This document shows, in pieces, positions 9,667 to 19,606 of a stretch of DNA of 64,000 bases (the first letter of the stretch is position 1; every line of letters begins with the position of its first letter). The notes under the pieces were generated by a model that made no database searches, was not told where the DNA came from, and was given only the letters and a program-made list of their open reading frames with translations. The stretch comes from a virus, in IMG/VR virus record IMGVR_UViG_3300044837_000219, positions 5,005 to 69,004 of that record; one strand, 5' to 3'. The position numbers were made by a program, and so were the translations under genes.

Positions 9667-10917
9667 GTGAAGGTCATTCCACGTCGGATTCTCGCCATCG
9701 GCGCTGCAACCGTCGTTCTCCTCAGCGGCGGCGCTGCCTACGCGTTGTCGAACAGCCCGAGTAACGATGACGCCAAGGCGGCGCTGAAGACGCTGAACGA
9801 CTACGTTACGGCGCATTCCAGCGACAGCCCCAGACCGACGGTCACCGTGACGTCGAGCAGGACGCGCCCGCCCGTCACCAGGACGCACACCGTGACGGTG
9901 ACGGCTCCGGCGACGTCGCCGATCGCTACCGTCACGCCGAGCGCTACCGTCACGCCGAGCGCTACCGCCCCCCCCGCCGGGGCGCAGTGGCTGTCCGGGG
10001 CATCGTCGGACTACGCGGGCAACGGAACCTACGGCACGTGGCGCGGCGAGCCGGTCAGCATCATCGGCACCTGGAGCGACACGAAAGGCTGCGCCGAGAC
10101 CGCGTGCTCGCTCGACTTCCTAGGCAGCAAGAGCCTAGGCGCCAGCATGCGGCTGGACATCGCCGTCGCTGCCATCTGGAAGAGCGAGACGTGGCCGCAG
10201 GCTGCGGCTGGCGACTTCGACGCGCGCTGGCGTACGCAGTTGCAGAATCTGAAGACGAAGTCTGCAGCGCTCGGATTGAAGCCGCAGAACGTCTACATCC
10301 GCTTCGCACATGAGATGAACGGCGACTGGACCGACTGGCGCGTACCGAAGGGACAGGAAGCCAATTTCCGCGCAGCGTTCGTCCGCTACTCGAATCTGCG
10401 CTACGAGGTCTTCGGTACCTCGGTTCCGGCGAAGTTGACGTTCTCACCGAACGACGGAACATCGGGTGGATACGCCGAACCGAAGGATCTGTTCGTCGGG
10501 AAGGACGAGCAGGGTCGTCGTGTCGCTGACGTTTACTCGATCGACTCGTATAACTCCTGGCCGCATCGCACCGACGCTACGGCGATCTGGAATGCGCTGA
10601 ACGATACGAACAACCCAGCATCGCACGAGTCGCACCGCTTGTTCGCCAAATCACAGGGAGTTCCGTTCGGAATTAGCGAATGGGGCAACTGTGGCGTTGC
10701 ATCGCAGTGCGAAGGTGGCGGCGGTGAATCACCGGCCTACGTGCAGCAGTTGAACCGCTATCTGCGCACCCACGCCGGTGACATCGACAACCCCACGCCC
10801 GGACAGACGTTGTACGACATCCAGTTCAACCTGTGGTCGCAGTACGCGCTTTACGGGTCCGAAGCACACCAGCCCCAGACGGCGAGTGCTTATGTCGCAC
10901 TCGTCTGGGGCAAGTAA
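9667..10917 (+). CDS. Secreted glycoside hydrolase family 26-like protein
   Basis: Signal peptide ending AAYA, Thr/Pro linker, IRFAHEMNGDW (acid/base Glu), SIDSYN, PFGISEWG (nucleophile Glu). Confidence 0.8.
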   Translation: MKVIPRRILAIGAATVVLLSGGAAYALSNSPSNDDAKAALKTLNDYVTAHSSDSPRPTVTVTSSRTRPPVTRTHTVTVTAPATSPIATVTPSATVTPSATAPPAGAQWLSGASSDYAGNGTYGTWRGEPVSIIGTWSDTKGCAETACSLDFLGSKSLGASMRLDIAVAAIWKSETWPQAAAGDFDARWRTQLQNLKTKSAALGLKPQNVYIRFAHEMNGDWTDWRVPKGQEANFRAAFVRYSNLRYEVFGTSVPAKLTFSPNDGTSGGYAEPKDLFVGKDEQGRRVADVYSIDSYNSWPHRTDATAIWNALNDTNNPASHESHRLFAKSQGVPFGISEWGNCGVASQCEGGGGESPAYVQQLNRYLRTHAGDIDNPTPGQTLYDIQFNLWSQYALYGSEAHQPQTASAYVALVWGK

Positions 10918-10988
10918 GTCCACCGCCAGGGACAATGGCGTCTCTGGCACAGTAGTTCTCGAATAGTCCTCGCGGAAGGAGTCCGGCC

Positions 10989-11993
10989 GTGCCGGAGCGC
11001 GCAACAATCGCCCAGGGGGTGCAGATCGGCGTCGAATCGACGCCGGGCACGGCTGTTGCCGCCGCCAAGCGCCTGGGCTCCATCGGTTTCACCCTCGCCC
11101 CGCACATCGATACGAACGCGAATCGTCCGATGGGCCAGAAGTACGCCAGCCTCCAGATTCTCAATCAGGAGTGGTCGACTGCTTCGATCGACGGTTCGCC
11201 GTCCTACACCGAACTTCCGTTCGTCTTCGCGTCGCTGATCAACACGCCGACGATCACGGAGTTCATGGACTCGGCGATTCACACCGGCGCGTTCAAGTAC
11301 GTCTTCGATAGCAACCCGTACGGCGACGACACCCCGAAGACGTTCACCATCGAACAGGGCTCGTCGGTTCGCGCCGCGCGCGCTGCGGGCTGCCTCATCA
11401 CCGGCATCGAACTCGGTCTGTCGCGCTCGGAGGTTTCCATCTCCGGCGACGCGATCGGCGGCCTGTTCGAAGATGGCGTCACGCTGACGTCCACTCCGAC
11501 GCAGTTGCCGCAGATCCCGGTGCGGCCGGGTGAACTCACGTTCTACATGGACGACACCTGGGCCGGGCTGGGTACCACGAAGTTGACCCGCGCGCTGTCC
11601 GGCTCGTTCAAGTTGGACTCGCGCTACGGTCCGCTGTGGGTCGTGGATGCGTCGAAGCCGTCGTACGTCGCAACGGTCGAGACCGAGCCGGGTCTGGAGG
11701 CTTCACTTCTCCAGGTGATGGACGGCCAGGGGATGTCGAACCTGACGCATCTGCGGCAGGGTGACGTCCGCTACTTCCGCATGGAGGCGGTCGGGCCGAA
11801 GATTTACGACGGCTCGGTCACCGACTACTACCACAAACTCACCATCGACCTTGCGGCGCAGGTGAGTGACGTTGCCGAGCCCAGCGACGAGGACGGCGTC
11901 TACGCGATCGAATGGACGCTCGGCGGCGTCGTCGACTCCACCAACGCGAAGGCGTTCCACATCGAGGTCGTCACCACCACGGCGACGCTCTGA
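10989..11993 (+). CDS. Major tail (tube) protein
   Basis: QIGVESTPGTAV N-terminus, KTFTIEQG; position before chaperone and tape measure. Confidence 0.85.
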   Translation: MPERATIAQGVQIGVESTPGTAVAAAKRLGSIGFTLAPHIDTNANRPMGQKYASLQILNQEWSTASIDGSPSYTELPFVFASLINTPTITEFMDSAIHTGAFKYVFDSNPYGDDTPKTFTIEQGSSVRAARAAGCLITGIELGLSRSEVSISGDAIGGLFEDGVTLTSTPTQLPQIPVRPGELTFYMDDTWAGLGTTKLTRALSGSFKLDSRYGPLWVVDASKPSYVATVETEPGLEASLLQVMDGQGMSNLTHLRQGDVRYFRMEAVGPKIYDGSVTDYYHKLTIDLAAQVSDVAEPSDEDGVYAIEWTLGGVVDSTNAKAFHIEVVTTTATL

Positions 11994-12008
11994 TCGCAGT
12001 TCTTCTCC

Positions 12009-12057
12009 GGATGAACGCTCCAGGTGCGGAAACGCTTCTCGCCTGGAGCGTTCGTCT
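12009..12057 (+). terminator. Stem-loop after major tail gene
   Basis: GGATGAACGCTCCAGG...CCTGGAGCGTTCGTCT inverted repeat. Confidence 0.6.
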
Positions 12058-12082
12058 GTTCGTCGCCTGCTACTTTCTGGTT

Positions 12083-12490
12083 ATGCGCATTTCCGACGCC
12101 ATCAGCCCGAGCACCCGGCTCGCGATTCCATTCGCGGGCGATGCGGTATTGAACATCGAGTACCGGAACTCCTCCGTCACTCTCGCCCAGATGGAGAAGA
12201 TGCTGGCCGACGCCGAAGAGGCGATGGAGGCCACCAAGGAAGAGGAAGAGAGCAAGGACAGCGGCGACCGTGCCCAGATTGCCCGGATGAGGGAGCGCGT
12301 CGCCTCGGCGCGGAAGAACCTGATCGGGCAGATTGTCGGCACGGTTGTCTCGTGGGATCTGACTCAGGATGACAACGAGACGGTCATTCCGCTGACCGAA
12401 GAGGCTCTCGTCCACGTCCCGACGAACGTCTTCACCGCAATCATCAAGGCCGTGCGTCGCGACCAGCAGGCGGACGGAGAGGGAAAATAA
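12083..12490 (+). CDS. Tail assembly chaperone (short form)
   Basis: Between major tail and tape measure; VVSWDL motif; ends in slippery G-GGA-AAA-TAA. Confidence 0.8.
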   Translation: MRISDAISPSTRLAIPFAGDAVLNIEYRNSSVTLAQMEKMLADAEEAMEATKEEEESKDSGDRAQIARMRERVASARKNLIGQIVGTVVSWDLTQDDNETVIPLTEEALVHVPTNVFTAIIKAVRRDQQADGEGK

Positions 12491-12684
12491 TTGCGAGGTA
12501 CCTCAATACGGATGGCGTGGCAGGCGAACTTCCGGCGTGGTATCGAGTGATCAAGGCAGCGCAGTACTTGAGGGTAGATCCGTGGGAATTGGCCGACCGG
12601 CCAGCAATCTGGACCTCATGGGCTGAGCAGGGCATGATCGCCGAAGCAAGACACCGGAGAGAGCAGCAGTCGCGCAAGAAGTGA
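12481..12684 (+). other. Programmed -1 frameshift site (GGGAAAA, 12481-12487) and long chaperone extension
   Basis: X-XXY-YYZ heptamer just before stop; -1 frame open to TGA 12682-12684 (IIARYLNTDG...QQSRKK), 10 nt before tape measure start. Confidence 0.85.
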
Positions 12685-12694
12685 GAGGTGCCTC

Positions 12695-15600
12695 GTGCCT
12701 ACCGTTGCCGAACTCGGCATCGAACTCGACGCCAAGGATAAGGGCGCCGAAGCGCTTCTTGACCGCATCGACGCGCGCATCACGGCGATCGACGGCAAGG
12801 ACATCGACATTCCGGTTCGGGTCGACGAGGGCGATTCACAGCAGGAACTCGAAGCACTCCAGGCTGAACTCGACGCGATCAGTGGCGACGACGTCCTCAT
12901 CCCGATTGAACTCTCGGGGATCGAGCAGGCCCTGTTCGACTTCGACGAACTCACCGGCGAGGTCACAGCCCTCGACGGTGAGAGCGTCAATATCCCGATC
13001 GACCTGAACGGGATCCAGGACGCGCTGACCGGCATCGACGAACTCATCGCCGAGGCACAGATCGCCGACGCAGAGAAAATCGTCATCGAGGCTGAGGCCA
13101 AGCGCGTTGCCGAAGTGACGGCAGAGTTCAGTGCGCTGACGGCGATTCTCGATTCGATCGACGGACGCGTCGCCAGTTCCGAAGTCGACGTCAACAACGT
13201 CGGCGAAGTCCTGGCCGAACTCGCAGCGGTCGAAGAGGCGCTCAACGCTATTGACGGCGACACTGCCAACGCTGATGTCGACATCGACACTGCCGGTGCA
13301 CTAGCGAAGATCCTCGAACTCAAGGCTGCGCTGCACGGGCTCAAGGACGACATTGACGACGTCGACAAGAAGAGGTTCGGCAATCTAAGCAGCGAGTTCC
13401 AGCGACTCAGCACCATCTCGCAGCGAACATCGACGAACATCTCCGGCGTTATGACGGCAGTGCTCGCGCTCGGACCGGCGCTAGTTCCTGCGCTGGCCGT
13501 CGTCGGCACCGGCGTGATGGCTGTCGGCAACGCATTCATCGGCGCCGGTGTTGCGGGTGGCCTGTTCGGCTTCGCTGCCGTGTCTGCGCTGAGCCCGGTC
13601 GCTGACGCGTTGAAGAAGTTGAAGACCTACCAGGACCAGTACAACCTGGCCGTCACCGATAAGCAGAAGGAGACTGCACTCGCGCGCATCACCGCGCTGA
13701 TGAATAGCCTCGACCCGGCGCAGCGCGCCGTGCTGACCAGCATTCAGCAGGTGCAGTCGGTGTGGGCCAAGATGGTCGACACGGTGCGCCCGGAAATCTT
13801 CCAGATGACGGCGACCGCTCTCGGTGCTGTCGCTGCCGCGCTGCCGCATCTCGCTCCGCTGCTGCAGTCGACGACGTCGATGCTGCACGAGGTGGAGAAC
13901 GCGGCCATCACCGCGTTCGGTAGTCCGGTGTGGCAGACGTTCTTCAACAACATCATCAACGAAGGTGCTCCGGCGCTCGCCGAAATCCTCCAGATCGTCG
14001 GCAACCTCGCCACGGGCTTCGTGGGCATGTTCAACGCATTCGCGCCGATGGGGCTCCAATTCCTCGTGTGGCTGGAGCAGGCGACACAGAAGTTCGCCGA
14101 GTGGGGCGCCGGTCTCGCCGCCAGCCCCGGATTCCACGCGTTCATTGACTACGCAATGGCGAACATGCCGGTGCTCGGCGCTCTGATCGTTGCGCTCGCG
14201 AAGGCGTTCGTTGCGCTCATCGTCGAAGCGGCACCGCTCGGCACCACGATTGTTCAGCACCTGACGAGCATGCTCAACGCAATCACCGCGCTTCACGACA
14301 GCGCGCCCGGATTGCTCACCGTCGGTCTTGCGATCCTCGGTATCGGCGCCATTGCGCTGAACGTCATCGGACCGCTGGTCAACCTAGTCGGTCTGATCAC
14401 TACGCTCGTCGAAGCGGGCAGCGTACTCGAAGGAATCTTCGGTGCCATCGGCGCCGCCGCCGCCGGAGTCCTCGGACCCTTCCTGCTCATCGCCGCCGCC
14501 GTGGCGGTAGTCGTCGCAGGAATCATCCTTGCCTACCAGCACTTCAACAACTTCCGCGACGCAGTCGACGGACTGGGCCAGAAGTTGGCCGACATCGGCC
14601 AGTCCATCCTCGGTGCGATCCAGCCTGCCATCGGCGCCATCGTCGGGTTCTTCAACCAGCAGGTAGCGAAGGTCCAGGAGTGGGTGAGCCAGAACCGCGA
14701 ACTTCTCATCAATTCGTGGAATCAGATCCAGTCCATCGTCTCTTCAGTGCTGACAACGCTCGTCGGCGAAATTTCCGGTGCACTCGATCAGATCGTCGCA
14801 ATCTGGGGTGCAATCTGGCCTGGACTGTCTACGGTTCTCTCCGGAGTGTGGACCGTCATCTCCGGCGTCCTTTCCGGAGCGCTCGACGTCATCTTGGGCA
14901 TCATTCAGGTTTTCGCGGGGATTCTGACCGGAGACTGGTCGGCGGTGTGGTCCGGGCTCGGCGGCATCCTTTCCGGCGTCTGGAGTGCGCTGGGTGCGAT
15001 CGTTTCCGGCGGATGGCAAATCATCGTCGGAATCTTCCAGATGATCGGTGGAGTGCTGCTTTCCATCTGGCAAGGAATCTGGGGAGCGCTGACCGCAGCC
15101 GCAAGCGCAGTGTGGGGCGTAATCACCGCAGCGGTATCCGCCGGTTGGAATGCCATCGTCGCAGTCTTTTCTGCCGTCGGTTCCGTGCTGCTGTCGGTGT
15201 GGAATGCAATTTGGGCCGCACTGACCGCAGCGGCTTCTGCAGTGTGGGCGTCAATCACTGCAGCCGTCTCTCTCGGGTTCGCAGTGATCGTCGGAATCTT
15301 CAGCGCCATCGGTGCGCAGTTGTCGACGATCTGGAGCGGTGTCTGGGCAATCCTCGGCCCGCCGGTCATGGCGTTCGTCCAGGTCGCTACGGCAATCGTT
15401 ACCGGCCTACAGACGATCCTTACGACAATTTTCACCGCCATCGGTGCAGCCATCACGGCGATCTGGAATGTCTTCTGGACTGGACTGCAGGTCGTGGTTG
15501 GCGTCGTTCTCACTGCAATCGGCGTCGCCGTTCAAACTGGACTCATTGCCATGCAGACGATGTTTTCTGCGATCGGCGCAGCGATCATGGCAGTGTGGAA

Positions 15601-16570
15601 TGCCTTGTGGGGTGCCATCGGTCCGCCGGTTACTGCAGCGCTCTCGGCCGTTAGTTCTGCCGTCAGCACCGCGCTTTCCGCCATCGCCGCCTTCTTCTCT
15701 GCGACGTGGGCGGCCATCAGTTCAGCAACGTCGGCCGCGTGGGCTGCTATCACTTCGGCGGTGTCTGCGGCGATAAGCGCCGTCGTCTCTGCAATCACGT
15801 CGGGCCTGTCTGCAGCGGTGTCGGCAGCATCGGCGGCGTGGTCGGCGATCCAGTCGGCTGCAGCCTCCGCGTGGGCGGCAATAACTTCAACGGTGTCCAG
15901 CGCCATCTCTACCGTCGTGAATGCCATTACGTCCGGTGTTGCGACGTTCCTGGCGCGCTGGCAGTCCGGATGGGCCAACATGGGTTCATCGGTGTCGAGT
16001 GCGGTCTCGACCATCATGGGCTACGTCAACGGGCTCGTCTCGCAGGTTCTCGGTGCGATTTCGGGCTTGGCGAGTCAAATGTTCAGCGCAGGCGCCAGAA
16101 TCATGAGCAGCCTGGCCGACGGGATCAAGTCACAGGTCAGTGCCGCCGTCGGTGCAGTGCAGAGCGCCATCGGCGCGGTGACGAGCCTGCTGCCGGGATC
16201 TCCGGCCAAGACGGGTCCGCTGAGCGGCCAGGGCTACGTCCTGCTGCGCGGTCAGCGATTCATGGCCGATCTGGCGAAGGGGCTGTCGGATCAGGGCGAA
16301 CTGCGTAAGCGGGCTGGTGAAGTCGCCGACCTGATGTCGCTCGACTTCGCAGGGGGCGGCGGGTTCGGTGCTCCGGCTGCTGCGCTCTCCGGCGCCTACT
16401 CCGGTAGCGCTATGGCTGGAGGTGGCGGTGATCTCTACATCACCGTCGAGGCGGGCGCGATTCCGATCGACGCACGCGGAGCGTCCAGCGCGGAGGACGT
16501 CAAGGCGGCCTTCGACGACGGCGCTGCAACACTGGTGGAGCAGATTCGGCTGGCCGTCGGGAAGAGGTAA
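12695..16570 (+). CDS. Tape measure protein
   Basis: 1291 aa, Ala/Gly-rich helical with periodic Trp repeats, LPGSPAKTGPL motif near C-terminus. Confidence 0.93.
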   Translation: MPTVAELGIELDAKDKGAEALLDRIDARITAIDGKDIDIPVRVDEGDSQQELEALQAELDAISGDDVLIPIELSGIEQALFDFDELTGEVTALDGESVNIPIDLNGIQDALTGIDELIAEAQIADAEKIVIEAEAKRVAEVTAEFSALTAILDSIDGRVASSEVDVNNVGEVLAELAAVEEALNAIDGDTANADVDIDTAGALAKILELKAALHGLKDDIDDVDKKRFGNLSSEFQRLSTISQRTSTNISGVMTAVLALGPALVPALAVVGTGVMAVGNAFIGAGVAGGLFGFAAVSALSPVADALKKLKTYQDQYNLAVTDKQKETALARITALMNSLDPAQRAVLTSIQQVQSVWAKMVDTVRPEIFQMTATALGAVAAALPHLAPLLQSTTSMLHEVENAAITAFGSPVWQTFFNNIINEGAPALAEILQIVGNLATGFVGMFNAFAPMGLQFLVWLEQATQKFAEWGAGLAASPGFHAFIDYAMANMPVLGALIVALAKAFVALIVEAAPLGTTIVQHLTSMLNAITALHDSAPGLLTVGLAILGIGAIALNVIGPLVNLVGLITTLVEAGSVLEGIFGAIGAAAAGVLGPFLLIAAAVAVVVAGIILAYQHFNNFRDAVDGLGQKLADIGQSILGAIQPAIGAIVGFFNQQVAKVQEWVSQNRELLINSWNQIQSIVSSVLTTLVGEISGALDQIVAIWGAIWPGLSTVLSGVWTVISGVLSGALDVILGIIQVFAGILTGDWSAVWSGLGGILSGVWSALGAIVSGGWQIIVGIFQMIGGVLLSIWQGIWGALTAAASAVWGVITAAVSAGWNAIVAVFSAVGSVLLSVWNAIWAALTAAASAVWASITAAVSLGFAVIVGIFSAIGAQLSTIWSGVWAILGPPVMAFVQVATAIVTGLQTILTTIFTAIGAAITAIWNVFWTGLQVVVGVVLTAIGVAVQTGLIAMQTMFSAIGAAIMAVWNALWGAIGPPVTAALSAVSSAVSTALSAIAAFFSATWAAISSATSAAWAAITSAVSAAISAVVSAITSGLSAAVSAASAAWSAIQSAAASAWAAITSTVSSAISTVVNAITSGVATFLARWQSGWANMGSSVSSAVSTIMGYVNGLVSQVLGAISGLASQMFSAGARIMSSLADGIKSQVSAAVGAVQSAIGAVTSLLPGSPAKTGPLSGQGYVLLRGQRFMADLAKGLSDQGELRKRAGEVADLMSLDFAGGGGFGAPAAALSGAYSGSAMAGGGGDLYITVEAGAIPIDARGASSAEDVKAAFDDGAATLVEQIRLAVGKR

Positions 16571-16573
16571 GGC

Positions 16574-19500
16574 GTGGCAACGACGATTACCACAGCCGTC
16601 CACCAGGACTCGATTTCTGGCTCGCCAGAGAAGCGTCTCGATGTCTCCCCGGACGGAACGTTGTGGGTTGCCGTCATTGACGTCGGTAAGATTCGCTTCT
16701 TCTCCAGCCAGGACAACGGCGGAACGTACACCTACTCAGGTACCAGCGACCTGTCGCTCGGATCGAACGAAGACACGGCGGTGCCGTCGTTCCAGATCGA
16801 CGCCGACGGCTTCGCGCACGTCTGCTTCGTGCGCTGGCAGGTGGACCCGCAGACCATCACCTACGCACGCGGCATCCCGCGAACCGGCGGCGGATGGTCC
16901 TGGACGACGAAGACTCTCGCCCCAGCGGCGGGGCGCGTCGGTGTCGACTCGGACATCGTCGCGTTCCGCAACGGGACCGGCTGGGTCGCTTTCATCGCCT
17001 ACTCCTACGACGATGGTGCGTCGGCGGGGGCGAAGATGGCGCGCGTCGACATCGCGGCCAACGGAACCATCAGCATCAACTCGCTGAACGTCGGTCCGGC
17101 CACAAACATCCCGTGGCAGATCAAGACCATCACATTCGCGCACACCGGCGACGGAAAGACTCCGTCGGCAACGCCGCACGTCTTCCTGGCGACAGCGACG
17201 GGTGTTGGCTCAACGGACAGCGCGCGCTGGTACCGCTACAAGTACCAGAGCGGCAACTGGACCTTCGACTCGCCGGTCAACTTCGACACGGCGGTCATCA
17301 TTCACGACACCGTGCTGTGCTCCGTCTACGACGGCACGCGCGCCTTCGTCGTGTGGTCGCCGACGAACACCACGCTCGAAGCGGCCGAGTGGGACGGCGC
17401 TGCTGGCAGCATCACGCAGCGGAATCCTCCGGCGATGCCGGGCGGTACCGGAACGCTGCAGGGAATCAGCCTGGCCGTCGACCCGAGCACGCAGGACATC
17501 TACCTCGTCGCCTACGGCGGAACGAACGTCGACATCATCTGGACGAAGTTCGTGCGCGCCACCACGACGTGGAGCGCATGGGCGACCGCTGTCGACCGTG
17601 GAACGGACAACAGCGACGGTCACGTGCAGTTGGTGCGCTACCCGCCGCGCGACAGCATCGACATGGTTTATACCGAAGGCACCGGCCCGTACACCATCAA
17701 GGGCCAGCAGTTGCTCGCGCTGACGCGCTCCCCGAGCGCTCCGGTGCTTCTCTCGCCAGCCAACGGGGCGCTCGCCGATCTGGCGAGCGGCGGAACGTTC
17801 GTCTGGGACTACCAGACCGTTTCTCCCGGAGATACGCAGCAGGGCTTCGTGTTCCGGCGCCAGTACGGCGGTGGACCGACGACCGAGTACTGGAACGTTT
17901 CGACGCAGGCATGGCAGAGCGGTCTGGTCGTCAACGCCACCGACCCGAATGCTCCGGAGCAGTTGTCGTTCCCGGCTGGGAAGTGGACGACCGGAACGAC
18001 CTACAACTGGTCGGCTCGCACGCGTTCGTCGACCGGCGCCGACTCGACGTTCGCCGCGAACCGCACCGTCGTTGCTTCGGTCTCGCCGAAGGTCGTAGTG
18101 ACCGCTCCGATTGGCATCTACTACGGCGAGAGCACTCCGCTGGTGCAGTGGACGTACACGAGCATCAACGCGCAGCGGGACTACCAGGTGCGCATCGTCG
18201 CACCGGGCGGGCTGACCATCGACCCGACCAATCCACTGCCTGCCGTGTTCGACTCCGGCGTCATCACGAACGCGAGCGCGCGCAACCTGCGTGTCACCAC
18301 CAGCCTGAGCGATGGCACCGCGTACCGGGCTTACGTGCGCGCCACGGACATCAACGGCGTCCAGAGCCCCTGGGTGTACTCCGACTTCACGCTGAGCCTC
18401 CAGCCGCCCTCAGGGCCGCTCGTGGAGGCGCTCGACATCATCCAGTACGAGACCAGCGTCCCGCGCGTCCGGCTCGACCTGACGGCGCGCTCGAACTTCC
18501 TGTCCAGCCCCGGCGCGCTCGGCCAAGCGGACTGGGAGGTCAACAGCAACATCGTGCTGACGGCGCAGCAGAGCGACCCGGTGAACCTGCTCGTCGAGTC
18601 CCTGAAGTTCACCTCCGTCGCCGCCGGAGACATGAGCGCCCGAACGACGCCGGGTTCGCCTCCTACTGCGCCGCCGGGCCGCCCGCAGCCCACCGGGCCG
18701 CTCTCGTTCCCCGTCATCGGCGGCGGGTTCTACACCGGCATCGCTGCGTTCAAGACGCAGACGAACGTGCGCGCCGCGCGCGTAAAGATCCGTTGGTACG
18801 ACGCAGACGACGGCACCGGCGCGTTCATCTCCGAGACGATCGGATCGCAGGTCAACACCGGAACCGTCGCTTACACACCAGGTTTCGTCACCGCGCAGGC
18901 TCCAGCGACGGCGAAACTGGCGCGCATGGTCGTAGAGATCCTCGGCGCCACGGCGGCAAGCGAGGTCTACTGGGTCGGCTACCTGTCGTTCCACCCCGGC
19001 ACCGACACGGCATGGCAGAGCGGCGGCTATGCAACGACGGAAACCCTTGCGGTGGAACGGAGTCTGGACGGCGGAACGACGTGGGAGGTCGTCACTGACC
19101 GCATCAAGCCGGACCTCTACCAGCGCGCGCAGATGACCGACCGCGAGATGCCGTTCGGCACCGAGGTGAAGTACCGCGCCACGACGAACGTTGACGTCGG
19201 CGGGACTGCCGTACTGTCGAGCGCCTTCTCTCCGGTAGCGACCATCGCTGTCGACAACGACATCTGGGCGATCAGGGACACGCTGGTCGACCTGAGCGAG
19301 TTCAACGCTTACGTCATCGACTTCAAGGAGCGTGAAGATGACGGCTCAGAGGTCTTCTGGGTGTCCGGTCGCACTTCACCCTACGTCGACACCGAGGGAT
19401 TGCGTTCGCCCTCAGGCTCGCTCCGGTTGTACGTCAAGCCGGACAGCATCGACAGCGTGGTTGCGATCCTCCGGACGACCAATCCGTTGGTGCTGCAGAG

Positions 19501-19606
19501 TCCGGTAGGACGCCTCTACCGCGTGCGAATCATCAAGCGCGAGTACACGCCGACCGAAGTGAGCACGTCGCGCTACATCGACGCTGACTTCTACGAGGTG
19601 GTCTGA
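16574..19606 (+). CDS. Large minor tail / baseplate protein (multi-domain, beta-rich)
   Basis: First gene after tape measure; FN3-like segments (PSAPVLLSP, YNWSART, YRAYVRATD). Confidence 0.75.
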   Translation: MATTITTAVHQDSISGSPEKRLDVSPDGTLWVAVIDVGKIRFFSSQDNGGTYTYSGTSDLSLGSNEDTAVPSFQIDADGFAHVCFVRWQVDPQTITYARGIPRTGGGWSWTTKTLAPAAGRVGVDSDIVAFRNGTGWVAFIAYSYDDGASAGAKMARVDIAANGTISINSLNVGPATNIPWQIKTITFAHTGDGKTPSATPHVFLATATGVGSTDSARWYRYKYQSGNWTFDSPVNFDTAVIIHDTVLCSVYDGTRAFVVWSPTNTTLEAAEWDGAAGSITQRNPPAMPGGTGTLQGISLAVDPSTQDIYLVAYGGTNVDIIWTKFVRATTTWSAWATAVDRGTDNSDGHVQLVRYPPRDSIDMVYTEGTGPYTIKGQQLLALTRSPSAPVLLSPANGALADLASGGTFVWDYQTVSPGDTQQGFVFRRQYGGGPTTEYWNVSTQAWQSGLVVNATDPNAPEQLSFPAGKWTTGTTYNWSARTRSSTGADSTFAANRTVVASVSPKVVVTAPIGIYYGESTPLVQWTYTSINAQRDYQVRIVAPGGLTIDPTNPLPAVFDSGVITNASARNLRVTTSLSDGTAYRAYVRATDINGVQSPWVYSDFTLSLQPPSGPLVEALDIIQYETSVPRVRLDLTARSNFLSSPGALGQADWEVNSNIVLTAQQSDPVNLLVESLKFTSVAAGDMSARTTPGSPPTAPPGRPQPTGPLSFPVIGGGFYTGIAAFKTQTNVRAARVKIRWYDADDGTGAFISETIGSQVNTGTVAYTPGFVTAQAPATAKLARMVVEILGATAASEVYWVGYLSFHPGTDTAWQSGGYATTETLAVERSLDGGTTWEVVTDRIKPDLYQRAQMTDREMPFGTEVKYRATTNVDVGGTAVLSSAFSPVATIAVDNDIWAIRDTLVDLSEFNAYVIDFKEREDDGSEVFWVSGRTSPYVDTEGLRSPSGSLRLYVKPDSIDSVVAILRTTNPLVLQSPVGRLYRVRIIKREYTPTEVSTSRYIDADFYEVV

